DNA of 63,094 nt, filler included, from Octopus bimaculoides (taxonomy: Eukaryota): assembly GCF_001194135.2 (NCBI RefSeq). It is 4 parts of 3 records of this genome, joined end to end, with 100 filler letters (N's around TTAATTAATTAA, not from the genome) between each part and the next. Parts side by side here need not be neighbours in the genome. Positions count along the whole stretch, not along the records: positions 1 to 24,242 come from NC_068989.1; 3 more parts are not named here. One strand, given 5' to 3'. Shown here one piece after another: positions 1 through 10,599 of this stretch (positions within the stretch are counted from its first letter, which is position 1; every line of letters starts with the position of its first letter). The notes below the pieces were generated by a model, which was not told the origin of the DNA, searched no databases, and was given only the letters and a program-made list of their open reading frames with translations. The translations under genes and the position numbers were made by a program.

Positions 1-284
1 GGGGGGGGGGGGCGTGCGTGCGGATGTGTTTGTTATATTTAATATAAAAGCAGTAAACCATTAATTGAAGACTCGCATAATTCAATTAACTAGATTATCA
101 TCTTCATTTTTATAAGTAAAACGTTGACAGTGACTTCCAGCACCACCAGTCGTTGACAATGGCATACTGTTTCTTAGGTCGACATGTATGTATGTATGCA
201 TGTACGTATGTGTACGCATGTGCATGTGTGTGTGTGTAGGTGTGCGCGTATGTGTATGTATGTATTTATGTGCGTACATGCATA

Positions 285-692
285 TATTTCTTCTTAATGC
301 TTTTATTCCTTTCGTGGTTTCAATTAATGAACTGCGGCATTGCTGGGGCATGGGCTTAATTCTACTTTTTTTTTTGTATATTCATTACCACTTTTTTTTT
401 GTATATTCATTACCACTTTTTTTTTGTATATTCATTACCACTTTTTTTCAGTTTTGGTGAAGTTTTATAGCTGGTTCTTACAAAGCTCTATCGCTGGTTG
501 TTAACAAAAACAATATCACATTTTAAACTTGAGAAAAGTCTTGCGTATTTTTACTGTTCCCCTTACAGATTGAGTTAGTTGATCTCTTTTTCTCAAAACT
601 CTAGCTTCTCCACATTGTCACTTAGCTATTTACTCACAAAAACAAGTGCATCAATCATTATTGGTGTACATGGGAATTGAAATTGCACGTCT
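285..692 (-). mobile_element. 5'-truncated REL-type (R4/Dong-related) non-LTR retrotransposon tail, copy A
   Basis: Minus-strand translation of about 523-690 gives decayed TPIMIDALVFVSK*LSDNVEKLEF...QSVRGTVKIRKTFLKF*, homologous to copy B. It is bounded by TATG-rich repeats at about 185-270 and 696-718. Confidence 0.7.
367..447. repeat. Three-copy ~27-bp tandem repeat (T8-9 GTATATTCATTACCAC) in the 3' UTR of copy A
   Basis: Directly visible tandem units tttttttttgtatattcattaccac. Confidence 0.85.
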
Positions 693-718
693 GTCTGTAT
701 GTATGTATGTATGTATGT

Positions 719-1219
719 TATCAATCAGTTTCATTTCTGTATTTCTTGTCCATAGAGAAAGAGCCGGAATCTAACATAGATTCAAGGGTCCTTCATTGGA
801 ACTTTTATCAACATCATCTAGGTATTTGTGCATATGTGTGTGTGTGCAGTATTTGGTGTTAGTGTATGCGCAGATTTGTATGTTTGTTTTATGGATGCGT
901 TTTTATGTCTAGATGCATGCATATGTATTTATGTGCTAAATTTTTGGAAAGTTTTACATATCTTTACAGTTCCATTGATGGCTTGAATCTGTAGTCTTCT
1001 AATCAGCCTTTTTCTTTCAGGTTTTGAGAACCCTAATTTTTCCAGGCTTTTGTTGAGGCAGTTTGTTACATATCCCAATGCCCTAACAATCACGGGTATG
1101 AATCTGAACTTGTAGTCTGGGTGGAGTATCTGCAAATTTCTCAGTAGCTCGGCGTAGTTGTTCTCTTTTTCTCTAATCTTTAGTGGGATGCTGACATCCG
1201 CAGGACAGCTGATTTCTAC
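719..1219 (-). mobile_element. 5'-truncated REL-type non-LTR retrotransposon tail, copy B (endonuclease C-terminus plus 3' UTR)
   Basis: Minus frame reads EISCPADVSIPLKIREKENNYAELLRNLQILHPDYKFRFIPVIVRALGYVTNCLNKSLEKLGF...GTVKICKTFQKFST*. This matches the D/E..P, K..Y, IP++.ALG pattern of the REL C-terminus in R4/Dong-like elements. Flanked on both sides by (TATG)n. Confidence 0.8.
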
Positions 1220-1275
1220 TATGTATGTATGTATGTATGTATGTATGTATGTATGTATGTATGTATGTATGTATG
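1220..1275. repeat. (TATG)14 microsatellite between LINE copies B and C
   Basis: Perfect tetranucleotide array. Confidence 0.95.
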
Positions 1276-1510
1276 ATATCTTCGATTTATGGTTATTTGA
1301 AGTCTTCCTGTAATGAAGTAGATGGTTCTTATAAAGTTACAAAACTCTGTGTTTGGAATGTAGTAACAAAATCAATGTCATATTTTGGACTTGAGTAAAG
1401 TTTTGCATATTTTTACTGTTCCACTTACAGATTGTATTCGTAATGTGGGAGTTAGCTGGTTGATTTCTTTTTAGGCATTTACTCAGAAAACCAGGTGTAC
1501 CAATTATTAT
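1276..1510 (-). mobile_element. 5'-truncated REL-type retrotransposon tail, copy C
   Basis: Minus frame RIQSVSGTVKICKTLLKSKI*; the 3' UTR runs directly into (CATA)14. Confidence 0.7.
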
Positions 1511-1623
1511 ATGTATGCAGTGGTGGACTGGCCAGGTTGCCTGATGGCAGGTGGGCCCCTACGCCATTAGAGCCCATATATGGGGGCCCATCTTAGTATC
1601 TAGGTAGCCCATCCCCTAGAAAT

Positions 1624-2021
1624 AAAGTAGCTTGCTTACCAACTACATGGTTCTGGGTTCAGTACCACTGCGTGGCACATTGGGCAAGTGTCTTCTACTA
1701 TAGCATCAGGCCGGCCAAAGCCTTGTGAGTGGATTTGGTAGACGGAAACTGAAAGAAGCCCGTCGTATATATGTATATGTATATGTATATATATATATGT
1801 GTGTACGTGTTTGTGCGTCCGAGTTTGTGCCCCCAACATCGCTTGACAACCGATGCTGGTGTGTTTACGTCCCCGTAAGTTAGCGGTTCGGCAAGAGAGA
1901 CCGATAGAATAAGTACTAGGCTTACGAAGAATAAGTCCTGGGGTCAATTTGCTCGACTAAAGGCGGTGCTCCAGCATGGCTGCAGTCAAATGACCGAAAC
2001 AAGTAAAAGAGTAAAGAGAGT
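1624..2021 (+). mobile_element. tRNA-derived CORE-like SINE (family 1), head partly missing
   Basis: B-box-like GGTTCAGTACC, CORE-like GCACATTGGGCAAGTGTCTT, internal (TA/TG)n, and tail GGCGGTGCTCCAGCATGGCTGCAGTC...AAGTAAAAGAG. More than 15 similar pieces occur in the window. Confidence 0.9.
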
Positions 2022-2028
2022 ATATATT

Positions 2029-2070
<42 letters not shown>

Positions 2071-2499
2071 CACAAAATAAAAATGAAAATACACAATTCA
2101 GTTGAAATAGCTGCCGTATTCTTTATTCTTTTACGATATATTAAATAGCAAATGATAATAAATGCTATATCCCCTTTAGTTATATCAATATATTCATATT
2201 TAATAGCAATAGGTTAAGCCCCTTGGCACTGCTCAAGGAGAATAAGTAGTTTCCTTTTGAAGTGCCTTAGAAGAATGCTACCGTTTGCCACGCTAGTCTT
2301 TTCATAAGAGTGTTCTATTATTCATTGTTTTTGTTTATCGAACTTTATGGCATGGGTTATATTTCTTAATAACTTGTTTTTGTTTGTTTATTTGTTGTTC
2401 TGTTTTTGAATCAGAGCGTCTATAAAGTTTATGCTACACACGTTGCTATTTGTTTTTAAAACGACATTTTCCGAATTTTCTCATTATTGATTTGCTGTC

Positions 2500-2796
2500 G
2501 TATTCGTGACTCAACGTACTGACAAGTATCAAGGACTGTGATGGATACAACATTTGCCTTCAACTATGTCAAGATAGTGATGAATCTTTATAAATATTAT
2601 GAAACACATTTTACTCATATTTTAAAAAATACCTGAAGAAGATATCTAGATGACTGTTTCATTTTATGGCACGACAATCTCGATAAACTTATGGAATTTA
2701 AAATTGTGTTTAACAACATAAGCCATAATATTAAGTTCTGAATGGATTTCAGTACGAAAGAATTGCCGTTTTAGACATGAAAACACGGGAAGATAG

Positions 2797-2891
<95 letters not shown>

Positions 2892-3950
2892 CAATAAACT
2901 GACAGATTCAAAGCTGTATCTTCTCTTCACATCTTAATATCCTGAACAAACAAGAAAGAACTTTCCATTCAACCGAGGAAAAAGTATTTAAAAATAGTAT
3001 CGAATTTTACCGAAGGTGATCAAAGACAGGACGAATTGAAAACATACTTGTTCAAATAATATTGTCATTAAAATCTAATTACAAATAAACTTTAAAAAGG
3101 CAGAATGTATAAATATTCTATTTCAAAGGAAAACGATATGTAAAATCAAGAAAAAATCTTTTGCTCTACGTCTCAACATTTAACCCGAGAAATGCCGAAA
3201 TATTTTATCATATTTATATGTATAATAATAATAAAAAAAAAAGACTTGACTATTTTATGTGAAGATAGAAAATGTTACATTTTTTAAAAAATCAACAAGT
3301 CGTCAAAAGCAAAATGCAACCTAAGACATTGGTTATACTAAGGTATACTAAAATATACTAAGTTTGGAAAATGTTCGCAAATTAGTTTCAGATCTCACTA
3401 TTACAATGACGGAAGAAAAAATTGACCAAAAGTTCAGACTTCAAATTCAAGAATCGATAAACTTTTAAAGTAAAAGAGAGTTTTACTTGCAGCTCTCAGA
3501 ATTTAATCTCTGTGACATGTTGTGGATGATTAGAAAATTACATCGGACAAACCATGTGCTCACTACGCAAAGACTGATAGAGCACAGATAATAATTAATA
3601 AGAAAATTGGAAAAAAATTCTATTAGACAGTCATATAGGAATATATGGTGTAATGGACCTACCTAATTCCAGAATATTTCCATTACATAAACGCTCAGTT
3701 TCAACTATAAAACAACAACGACTAAACAAATAAAAGCAATTTATTAAGAAAGCCAAAGCTAAACGTTTGATAAATTAAAGAAAACGCAATGAACAACATG
3801 CTTTGTTATAAAGAACACTCTTATATAAAGACAAGCATGGTAAAGTGTAACGTGTATTTTTAAAGATACTTAAAATGCAGACTACTCATTCTCTTTGGAT
3901 AACTGCAAGAGTATAAACCGGTTGGTATTATATGTGAAAATATTAATACA
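2500..3950 (+). mobile_element. Decayed Penelope-like element (RT plus GIY-YIG endonuclease), interrupted by (CA)n
   Basis: RT motifs RYLDDCFILW (2640 onward), NIKF*MDFSTKELPF and KLTDSKLYLLFTS. GIY-YIG motif KESFTCSSQNLISVTCCG*LENYIGQT at about 3470-3555. Multiple stops and frameshifts. Confidence 0.85.
2799..2880. repeat. (CA)n microsatellite inside the Penelope RT
   Basis: Perfect dinucleotide run. Confidence 0.95.
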
Positions 3951-4084
3951 TCTATAGCAATTATTATTTGTTATTTAATATACCGAAAAATGATACGACA
4001 ATTATTTCAACAGAGTTGCGCACTTTTATCTTTATTTTGTGTATATATAATAACTTGAGTCAAACAATTCGTTCATTTGTAACT

Positions 4085-4110
4085 ACACACGCACACACAC
4101 ACATATGTGT

Positions 4111-4194
<84 letters not shown>

Positions 4195-4410
4195 GCACAC
4201 ACATATACACACATACACACACACACATATATATGCATATATATGTATACGTATAGAGACACCTACACACATATGTAAGTATACATATATATGTATATAT
4301 ATGCATGTCTAGCTGTATGTATGTATATATATATCCGCGTATACATGCAAGAAAAAGAATATATACATACATATATACGTATGTGTATATACATGTATAG
4401 ATATATGTAT
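4085..4410. repeat. Compound (TA)n/(CA)n/TATG microsatellite field
   Basis: Long perfect (TA)n at about 4114-4190 with degenerate flanks. Confidence 0.9.
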
Positions 4411-5081
4411 GTGTAGCACATTTATATGAAGAAAAATTTCAACAAAGTTTACAGAACATAGTGAAATGAAAAATATAATTTAGAAATATGAGAATGGCAA
4501 CACAAGATATTGTGGAAGTGAAGAGTTTGGTGTGAATATTTAATGGACACTGTCTGGAACAATATGGAATGGTAGGTGTTGCATATTAATTACATTTGAA
4601 TATATATAAACTTATACATACATACACATACACATATCTTTATACTTATGTATGCATATAAATTTGTATATATATACACACACACATACACACTTGCGCT
4701 TCCACATATACGCACACACATACACACTTGCGCTTCCACATGTACGCACACACATACGCACACACACACACGTATTCCATCGAGATGTGGTGTCATATTT
4801 CTAGAAACCAAACATTTCATAAAAATGTACGCTTCTGTCTGCTGCATCGTCAAACAACAGAAAGACTTGCAACCGAAAATCGCTGACTTTACGGATACTG
4901 AGAAATTACGGAAAGCAAAAATCGTAAAAAAGCCCGTAAACAACCGGAGTGAGCCTAGCTTTATTTGTATTGACCTGTGAATGTACAATTGCATGGAATA
5001 ATGCCGAGTATGCATATTAATGCAAATATGCCAGCATAATTTCTTTCACACTGAAGTTCCTCCATACTGAAATTATTACTA

Positions 5082-5108
5082 CATGAAGAAGGCTACGAAA
5101 CGGCCGTC
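5082..5108 (+). other. Degenerate Penelope-type hammerhead ribozyme remnant
   Basis: CATGAAGAAGGCTACGAAACGGCCGTC. The 3' half GAAACGGCCGTC has the palindromic minimal stem III and GUC typical of PLE hammerheads; the CUGANGA core is mutated and stem II is deleted. Confidence 0.4.
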
Positions 5109-5180
5109 ATCCTAAAGATGTCACGTGATAAAATGAATATAGTCACCTCTCATACTTCTTGACCTTTATCGTTTATATAT

Positions 5181-5567
5181 TCTTTTATTCTTATACTGGC
5201 TTCAGTCATTTGACTGCGGCCATGCCGGAGCACCGCTTTGAAGGTTTTTTTTTAGTCGAACAAATTGATCCCTGACACTTATTCTATCGGTGTCTTTTGC
5301 CAAACCGCTAGGTTGCGGGGACATAAACAAACCAACTCCGATCGTCAAGCGGTGATGGGAGGAGGGGACAAACAAAGACACAGAGACACACCCACATACA
5401 CCCCCCACATATATATATATATACGACAAGCTTCTTTCAGTTTCCATCTACCAAATCCACTCGCAAGGCTTTGGTCGTCCGGAGGCTATTGTAGGTCACG
5501 CAGTGGGACAGATCCCCGAACCATGTGATTGGGAAGCAAGCGTCTTACCACACAGCCATGCCATATG

Positions 5568-5570
<3 letters not shown>
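5181..5570 (-). mobile_element. CORE-like SINE family 1
   Basis: Near full-length reverse-complement copy. Confidence 0.9.
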
Positions 5571-5602
<32 letters not shown>

Positions 5603-5604
<2 letters not shown>

Positions 5605-5975
5605 TCTTACTCTCTTACTTGCTTCAGTCATTTGACTGTGGCCATGCTGGAGCACCGTCTTTTGGTCGACCAAATCGACCCCAGGACTTACTATTTGTAA
5701 GCCTAGTACTTATTCTATCGGTCTTTTTTGCCGAACCGCTAAGTTACGAGGATGTAAACACACCAGCACCGGTTGTCAAGCGATGTTGGGGGGACAAACA
5801 CAGACACACAAACATATACACATACATACATATATATAAATATACATATATACAACGGGCTTCTTTCAGTTTCCGTCTACCAAATCCACTCATAAGGCTT
5901 TGTCGGCCCGAGGCTATAGTAAAAGACACTTGCCTAAGGTGCCACACAGTGGGACTGAACCCGGAACCATGTGGA
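5603..5975 (-). mobile_element. CORE-like SINE family 1, 5' head truncated
   Basis: Reverse-complement copy adjacent to the previous one. Confidence 0.9.
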
Positions 5976-6016
5976 ACAATCTTGCCTTTACCTCGACTAT
6001 AATTAAAAGGTAACAT

Positions 6017-6412
6017 AAAGTGGCGGGTTGGTAGAATCGTTCGCATGCCGGGCGAAATACTTAACGGTATTTAATCCGTCATCACGTTCTGAGTTCAAAT
6101 TCCGCCGGAGTCGACTTTGCCTTTCATCCTTTCGGGGTCGATAAATTAAGTACCAGTTGCGTACTGGTGTCGATCTAATCAACTACCCCCCTCACCAAAA
6201 ATTTCGGCCCTTGTGCCTAGAGTAGAAGAGAATCGTTAGCACGCCGGGCGAAATACTTAGCGGCATTTCGTTCGTCATCACGTTCTGGGGTTCAAATACA
6301 CCCCGGGGTCGATTTTGCCCTTCATCCTTTCGCGGTCGATAAATTAAGTACCAGTTGCGTATTGGGGTCGATCTAAATGTCAGCCCTTGTGCTTATAGTA
6401 GAAAGAATAAAC
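6017..6412 (+). mobile_element. Head-to-tail dimer of tRNA-derived SINE family 2 (Meta-domain-like) with a 12-bp TSD
   Basis: Two monomers, each with GTTC..AAAT..GGTCGA.TTTGCC.TTCATCCTTTCG.GGTCGATAAATTAAGTACCAG. AAAAGGTAACAT flanks the whole dimer at 6005-6016 and 6413-6424. Confidence 0.85.
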
Positions 6413-6574
6413 AAAAGGTAACATGCATGCATTCGCACGTACGTGGCATTCTAATGAAAAGGCCTAATAAGTTTTTATATGATTCGCCAAAACACGGGCA
6501 AATCTTGTGATCAAGAATGGTAGCACTGATTTACCCAGAAAGATTTGCAGTCGTTGTTTGCCTAAGCGTTAGCT

Positions 6575-6812
6575 TCTTTTATCTTTTACTTGTTTCAATC
6601 ATTGGACTGCGGCCATATTGGGGGCATCACCTTGGAGGGTTATTAGTCGGATAAATCGACTCCAGTACTTATTTTAAAGTCTGATACGTATTCTGTTTGT
6701 CGCTTTTCGAATACCCGCTAATTCATGAGGACGTAAACAAACCAACACCACTTGTCAAGTGGGGGTGGGTGGGGTGCGTGGTAGTGAGAACAAATACAAA
6801 GACACAGACACA
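6575..6812 (-). mobile_element. SINE family 1, 3' half (diverged)
   Basis: Tail motifs TTTTACTTGTTTC..TCATT.GACTGCGGCCAT. Confidence 0.8.
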
Positions 6813-6881
6813 TGCATGTGTGTATGCATATATGTATGCATGCATGCATGTATGTATGTTTATCTATCTATCTATCCATCC

Positions 6882-6941
<60 letters not shown>

Positions 6942-7295
6942 GTGTGTGTGTGTTTGTGTGTGTGTGTGTATAGATCGCGGAAAGTTATGCATTCTTTAAG
7001 ACAGGAAGTGTAGCCTCTCTTAGACGACTGCTACATCACATACCACCTACTAGAATTCACCTTGGCTACAAAAAAAACTAGAGACAGCTACTAAATATCT
7101 GATCAATAAAAGATAAGAAACATCTACGATGTACGTGAGTATTTAGAGGTATTCCTATCTTGGTATTTAGCAAAGTTGATTGTACCATACCAGCGTGGAA
7201 TATATCACCAGACTGATTACGCTGACGGTTTATCAAAAGGCACCGCATAAGCAGAATGCATCCATATCTTTAAAAATAAGAAATATTGGTGGAAT

Positions 7296-7501
7296 GGTAG
7301 ACGGACAATTCGTCGACAGGACAATTGACGATTGGACAATTTGCCGAAAGGACAATATGTTGACGTTTTTTAAAAACAAAGTAAAAATTACGAAGATGTT
7401 TTATTAGACTTACAAATAAAAACAATTTATTTTCAAAAAGATATTGTCTGTCGGCGAATTGTCTGTCGGCGAATTGTCTGTCAACGAATTTACAGCGCAC
7501 G
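7296..7501. mobile_element. Mutator-like MITE (~205 bp) with repeat-built TIRs
   Basis: Left arm GGTAGACGGACAATTCGTCGACA and GACAATT repeats; right arm (AATTGTCTGTCGGCG)x2 plus AATTGTCTGTCAACG. GGTGGAAT is duplicated at 7288-7295 and 7502-7509. Confidence 0.7.
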
Positions 7502-7945
7502 GGTGGAATATCCCAGTAATAACATTGATAATAACAACACTTGTTGAGTGGTACAAAGAAAATAGTGATATTAAGTACAAAATGGCAGGGATTGGGGAAA
7601 ACAGTTTTTCCGCGTTCAGCTATTGAATATAAATATTTCGTTTGACCAAATTCCACCCTTAAAAAAATAATAAAACGGAATACTTGTAGAACATCCCAGT
7701 AATAACAGCAGTTCGATGCAGACACAACAGATCTGATAATGTTTTATTGGATTGAAAGCAAAAGTCTTGCACAGTTGTGCAAGTCAGTTATCCAGCAGAC
7801 GTGAATGTCTCGTCTAAAGATGTGTAAAGAAAAAAGAAAGAAAATGAAAAACAAAAGAACTGTCTATACTGCAAACTTACAGGTTTTCTATATTAGCTGC
7901 AAAATTTTCATTTATGTCTATTACCAGAAGTGTAACGAGGTATTC

Positions 7946-8230
7946 ATGAAAGCGCGTGACCCAGAGGCTAAGGTTATTGCACTAGTGATCATAAGATCGA
8001 GGTTTCGATTCTTGGACCACATTGTATATTGTGTTCTTGAACAAAACACTTCGTTTCTCGTTACTCCAGTCCACTCACCTGTAAATGAGTTCCAACAGTA
8101 GCTGGGAAGTTAACCCGTTAACCCTGCGACGGATAGGCAACTTATTCAGTGGCGAGTATCCTAATATCAGCCATTTATACACCATATAAACTGAATTAAA
8201 CTACGGCCTTTAAAGTCCCTTAGCGAATAG
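7946..8230 (+). mobile_element. tRNA-derived SINE family 3 (diverged)
   Basis: tRNA-like head with GGTTTCGATTCTT, then GTGTTCTTGAACAAAACACTT...CTCCAGTCCACTCA. Confidence 0.75.
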
Positions 8231-8576
8231 TTTGAAGTCTGTGATGAACTTGTATGTAGCTCAAAGAAAAACCTGCATACATACTTCTGTGAGAATGCCT
8301 ATAGAAATCTAATGAGGAACACACAGCTTTTATAACCAAACACCCAGGCTATGGATTACCATTTCTATCTTTTATCGCAGATGCGCTGGCGACGTAACAA
8401 TAATTTGTACAGAAGACTGTTCTTTCTTGGAGGACCTTCAAGATAGAACAAAGCAAAATGAATTCGCAATCTTCAAATACAATCGATTAGAGGTACTGTG
8501 GACATTTGTCAAACGTTCCGCTGATTCTTTGATATTCTTGGACTGAACGTAAGCGCACAATCACATGTAAATTTGG

Positions 8577-8626
<50 letters not shown>

Positions 8627-8637
8627 NNNNNNNNNNA

Positions 8638-8873
8638 TGTATGACTAATGTCCCCCCCTCTCACTCTATTCGTATTCTTTTATTGTGCTGTGTCGACGCC
8701 CCCAGGCGAAGAAGTAGGATCTCCCAAGACATATAAATAGAACTAGTCTGGCCGTGATAGGAGTGTTGAGTAGCAGTTGAGTAGCAGTCGAGTGGCAGTT
8801 GTGTAGCAGTTGAGTAGTGATCATGCGAAGGTGCTAGATAGCAGTTGCTTGAGACATAACAGTGGCGACGAGG
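8638..8873 (+). mobile_element. LTR remnant with primer-binding site (Ty3/gypsy-like)
   Basis: Starts TGT right after a gap, contains TATAAATAG and five 11-bp GTTGAGTAGCA-like repeats, ends ...TAACA (8861), followed by TGGCGACGAGG (8863-8873). Confidence 0.55.
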
Positions 8874-8917
8874 ATTTCGTAGCTCACACAACCACTGTAT
8901 AGTATTGCGATATAACA

Positions 8918-9125
8918 TTTTATTCTTTTACTTGTTTCAGTCATTTGACTGCAGCCATGTTGGAGCACCGCCTTTAGTCGAGCATATCGACCCCAGGATT
9001 TATTCTTTGTAAGCCTACTACGTATTCTATCGGTCTCTTTTGCCGAACAGCTAAGTTAAGGGGACGTAAACATACCATCGGTTGCCAAGCGATGGTGGGG
9101 GACAAATACAGACACACAAGCACGC
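8918..9125 (-). mobile_element. SINE family 1, 3' half, ending at the (CA)n and gap
   Basis: Tail and middle motifs match other copies. Confidence 0.85.
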
Positions 9126-9714
9126 ACGCACACACACACACACNNNNNNNNNNNNNNNNNNNNNNNNNNNNNNNNNNNNNNNNNNNNNNNNNNNNNNNNN
9201 NNNNNNNNNNNNNNNNNNNNNNNNNNNNNNNNNNNNNNNNNNNNNNNNNNNNNNNNNNNNNNNNNNNNNNNNNNNNNNNNNNNNNNNNNNNNNNNNNNNN
9301 NNNNNNNNNNNNNNNNNNNNNNNNNNNNNNNNNNNNNNNNNNNNNNNNNNNNNNNNNNNNNNNNNNNNNNNNNNNNNNNNNNNNNNNNNNNNNNNNNNNN
9401 NNNNNNNNNNNNNNNNNNNNNNNNNNNNNNNNNNNNNNNNNNNNNNNNNNNNNNNNNNNNNNNNNNNNNNNNNNNNNNNNNNNNNNNNNNNNNNNNNNNN
9501 NNNNNNNNNNNNNNNNNNNNNNNNNNNNNNNNNNNNNNNNNNNNNNNNNNNNNNNNNNNNNNNNNNNNNNNNNNNNNNNNNNNNNNNNNNNNNNNNNNNN
9601 NNNNTGTGTGTGTGTGTGTGTGTGTTTGTGTGTTTACGCCCAGTGCCAAAAAGGACTGTCACTTAAACAGGCTGAACGCCCAGTCCACCGTACAAAACAG
9701 TCAGTGTGTATGTA

Positions 9715-10395
9715 CACATCTTCCCAGAAGTAAGAACTGGTTGCAGCAAAGAAACGAAGTTCTACCGCTGGAATCTAGATAAGAACAGCTGCATAGCGTT
9801 ACATGTTGCATTTAAGAAAAATCTTGTATATTTTAACGTGAAGTATATTTGCCACTTAAATGCGGCTAACCACTAAGGGTGAATGCTACTGTAGCTTGTA
9901 GCCCCATGAGAACATCTCCTCCAGCTGGCTATTGACACACTTTCTGTGCCCTACCAGCATATGCACGGGCCCGGGTTTCTGGGTATTTACCCTTCGTCAG
10001 TGCTCGACAATCACCGGTCTTCGATGCGAAGGGTTCCCGATGCAAATACATACATATCTTTTTTCCAATGACGAAAAGTCACTGATCTCGAAAAAGTATA
10101 AACAAGCAATAATAAATCTCTGAACGAGGTATAAACAGTAGCTGCACGACAACGTGAAGTATATTTGCCACTTAAATGCGGCTAACCACTAAGGGCGATT
10201 GCTACTGTAGCTTGTCGTGCAGCTACTGTTTGTACCTCGTTCAAAGATTTATAATTCCTTGTATATTTTACTTTTCCACTTACAAACTTAACTTTCAGAA
10301 TACATGTTGGGCAGTCTCTTGCTTTACCTGAAAAGCCTACCTTTTCCGGACTATTATTTAAACATTTAGTAACATATTTAGTAACACACCCAGGT
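9715..10395 (-). mobile_element. REL LINE tail, copy D, split by an insertion at 9836-10257
   Basis: 10395 to 10258 reads VTKCLNNSPEKVGFSGK...FVSGKVK; 9835 to 9715 reads IYKIFLKCNM* plus a 3' UTR homologous to that of copy E. Confidence 0.7.
9836..10257 (-). mobile_element. Non-autonomous Penelope-like mini-element (direct repeats, inverted arm, hammerhead-like core)
   Basis: 65-bp direct repeats at 9835-9899 and 10151-10215 (63/65 identical); 41-bp inverted repeat at 10112-10152 and 10212-10252 (39/41); minus-strand CTGACGA-A-GGGT(AAAT)ACCC-A-GAAAC at 9975-10000; 13-bp duplication CTTGTATATTTTA at 9823-9835 and 10258-10270. Confidence 0.65.
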
Positions 10396-10599
10396 GTCGT
10401 AATCTGTATGGGTAGAAATGTAGCAAAGAGATAAACCCAATCTTCTTATTTCGATAAATCTTACTACGTGGAGAAAAAACAAACTGGAGAAAATAACGCC
10501 CAGACATACTATGCCGGTAAAAAAAGAAAATCGATCGGTCATTACTCTATTGCTTTCGTTAACAAGTCTGCTCAATATGGACTAAATGATGACCAGAAA

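Noticed and set aside
9835-10215. 65-bp direct repeats as a CRISPR array
   Set aside because: Only two copies, too long, in a eukaryotic context, and better explained as pseudo-LTRs.
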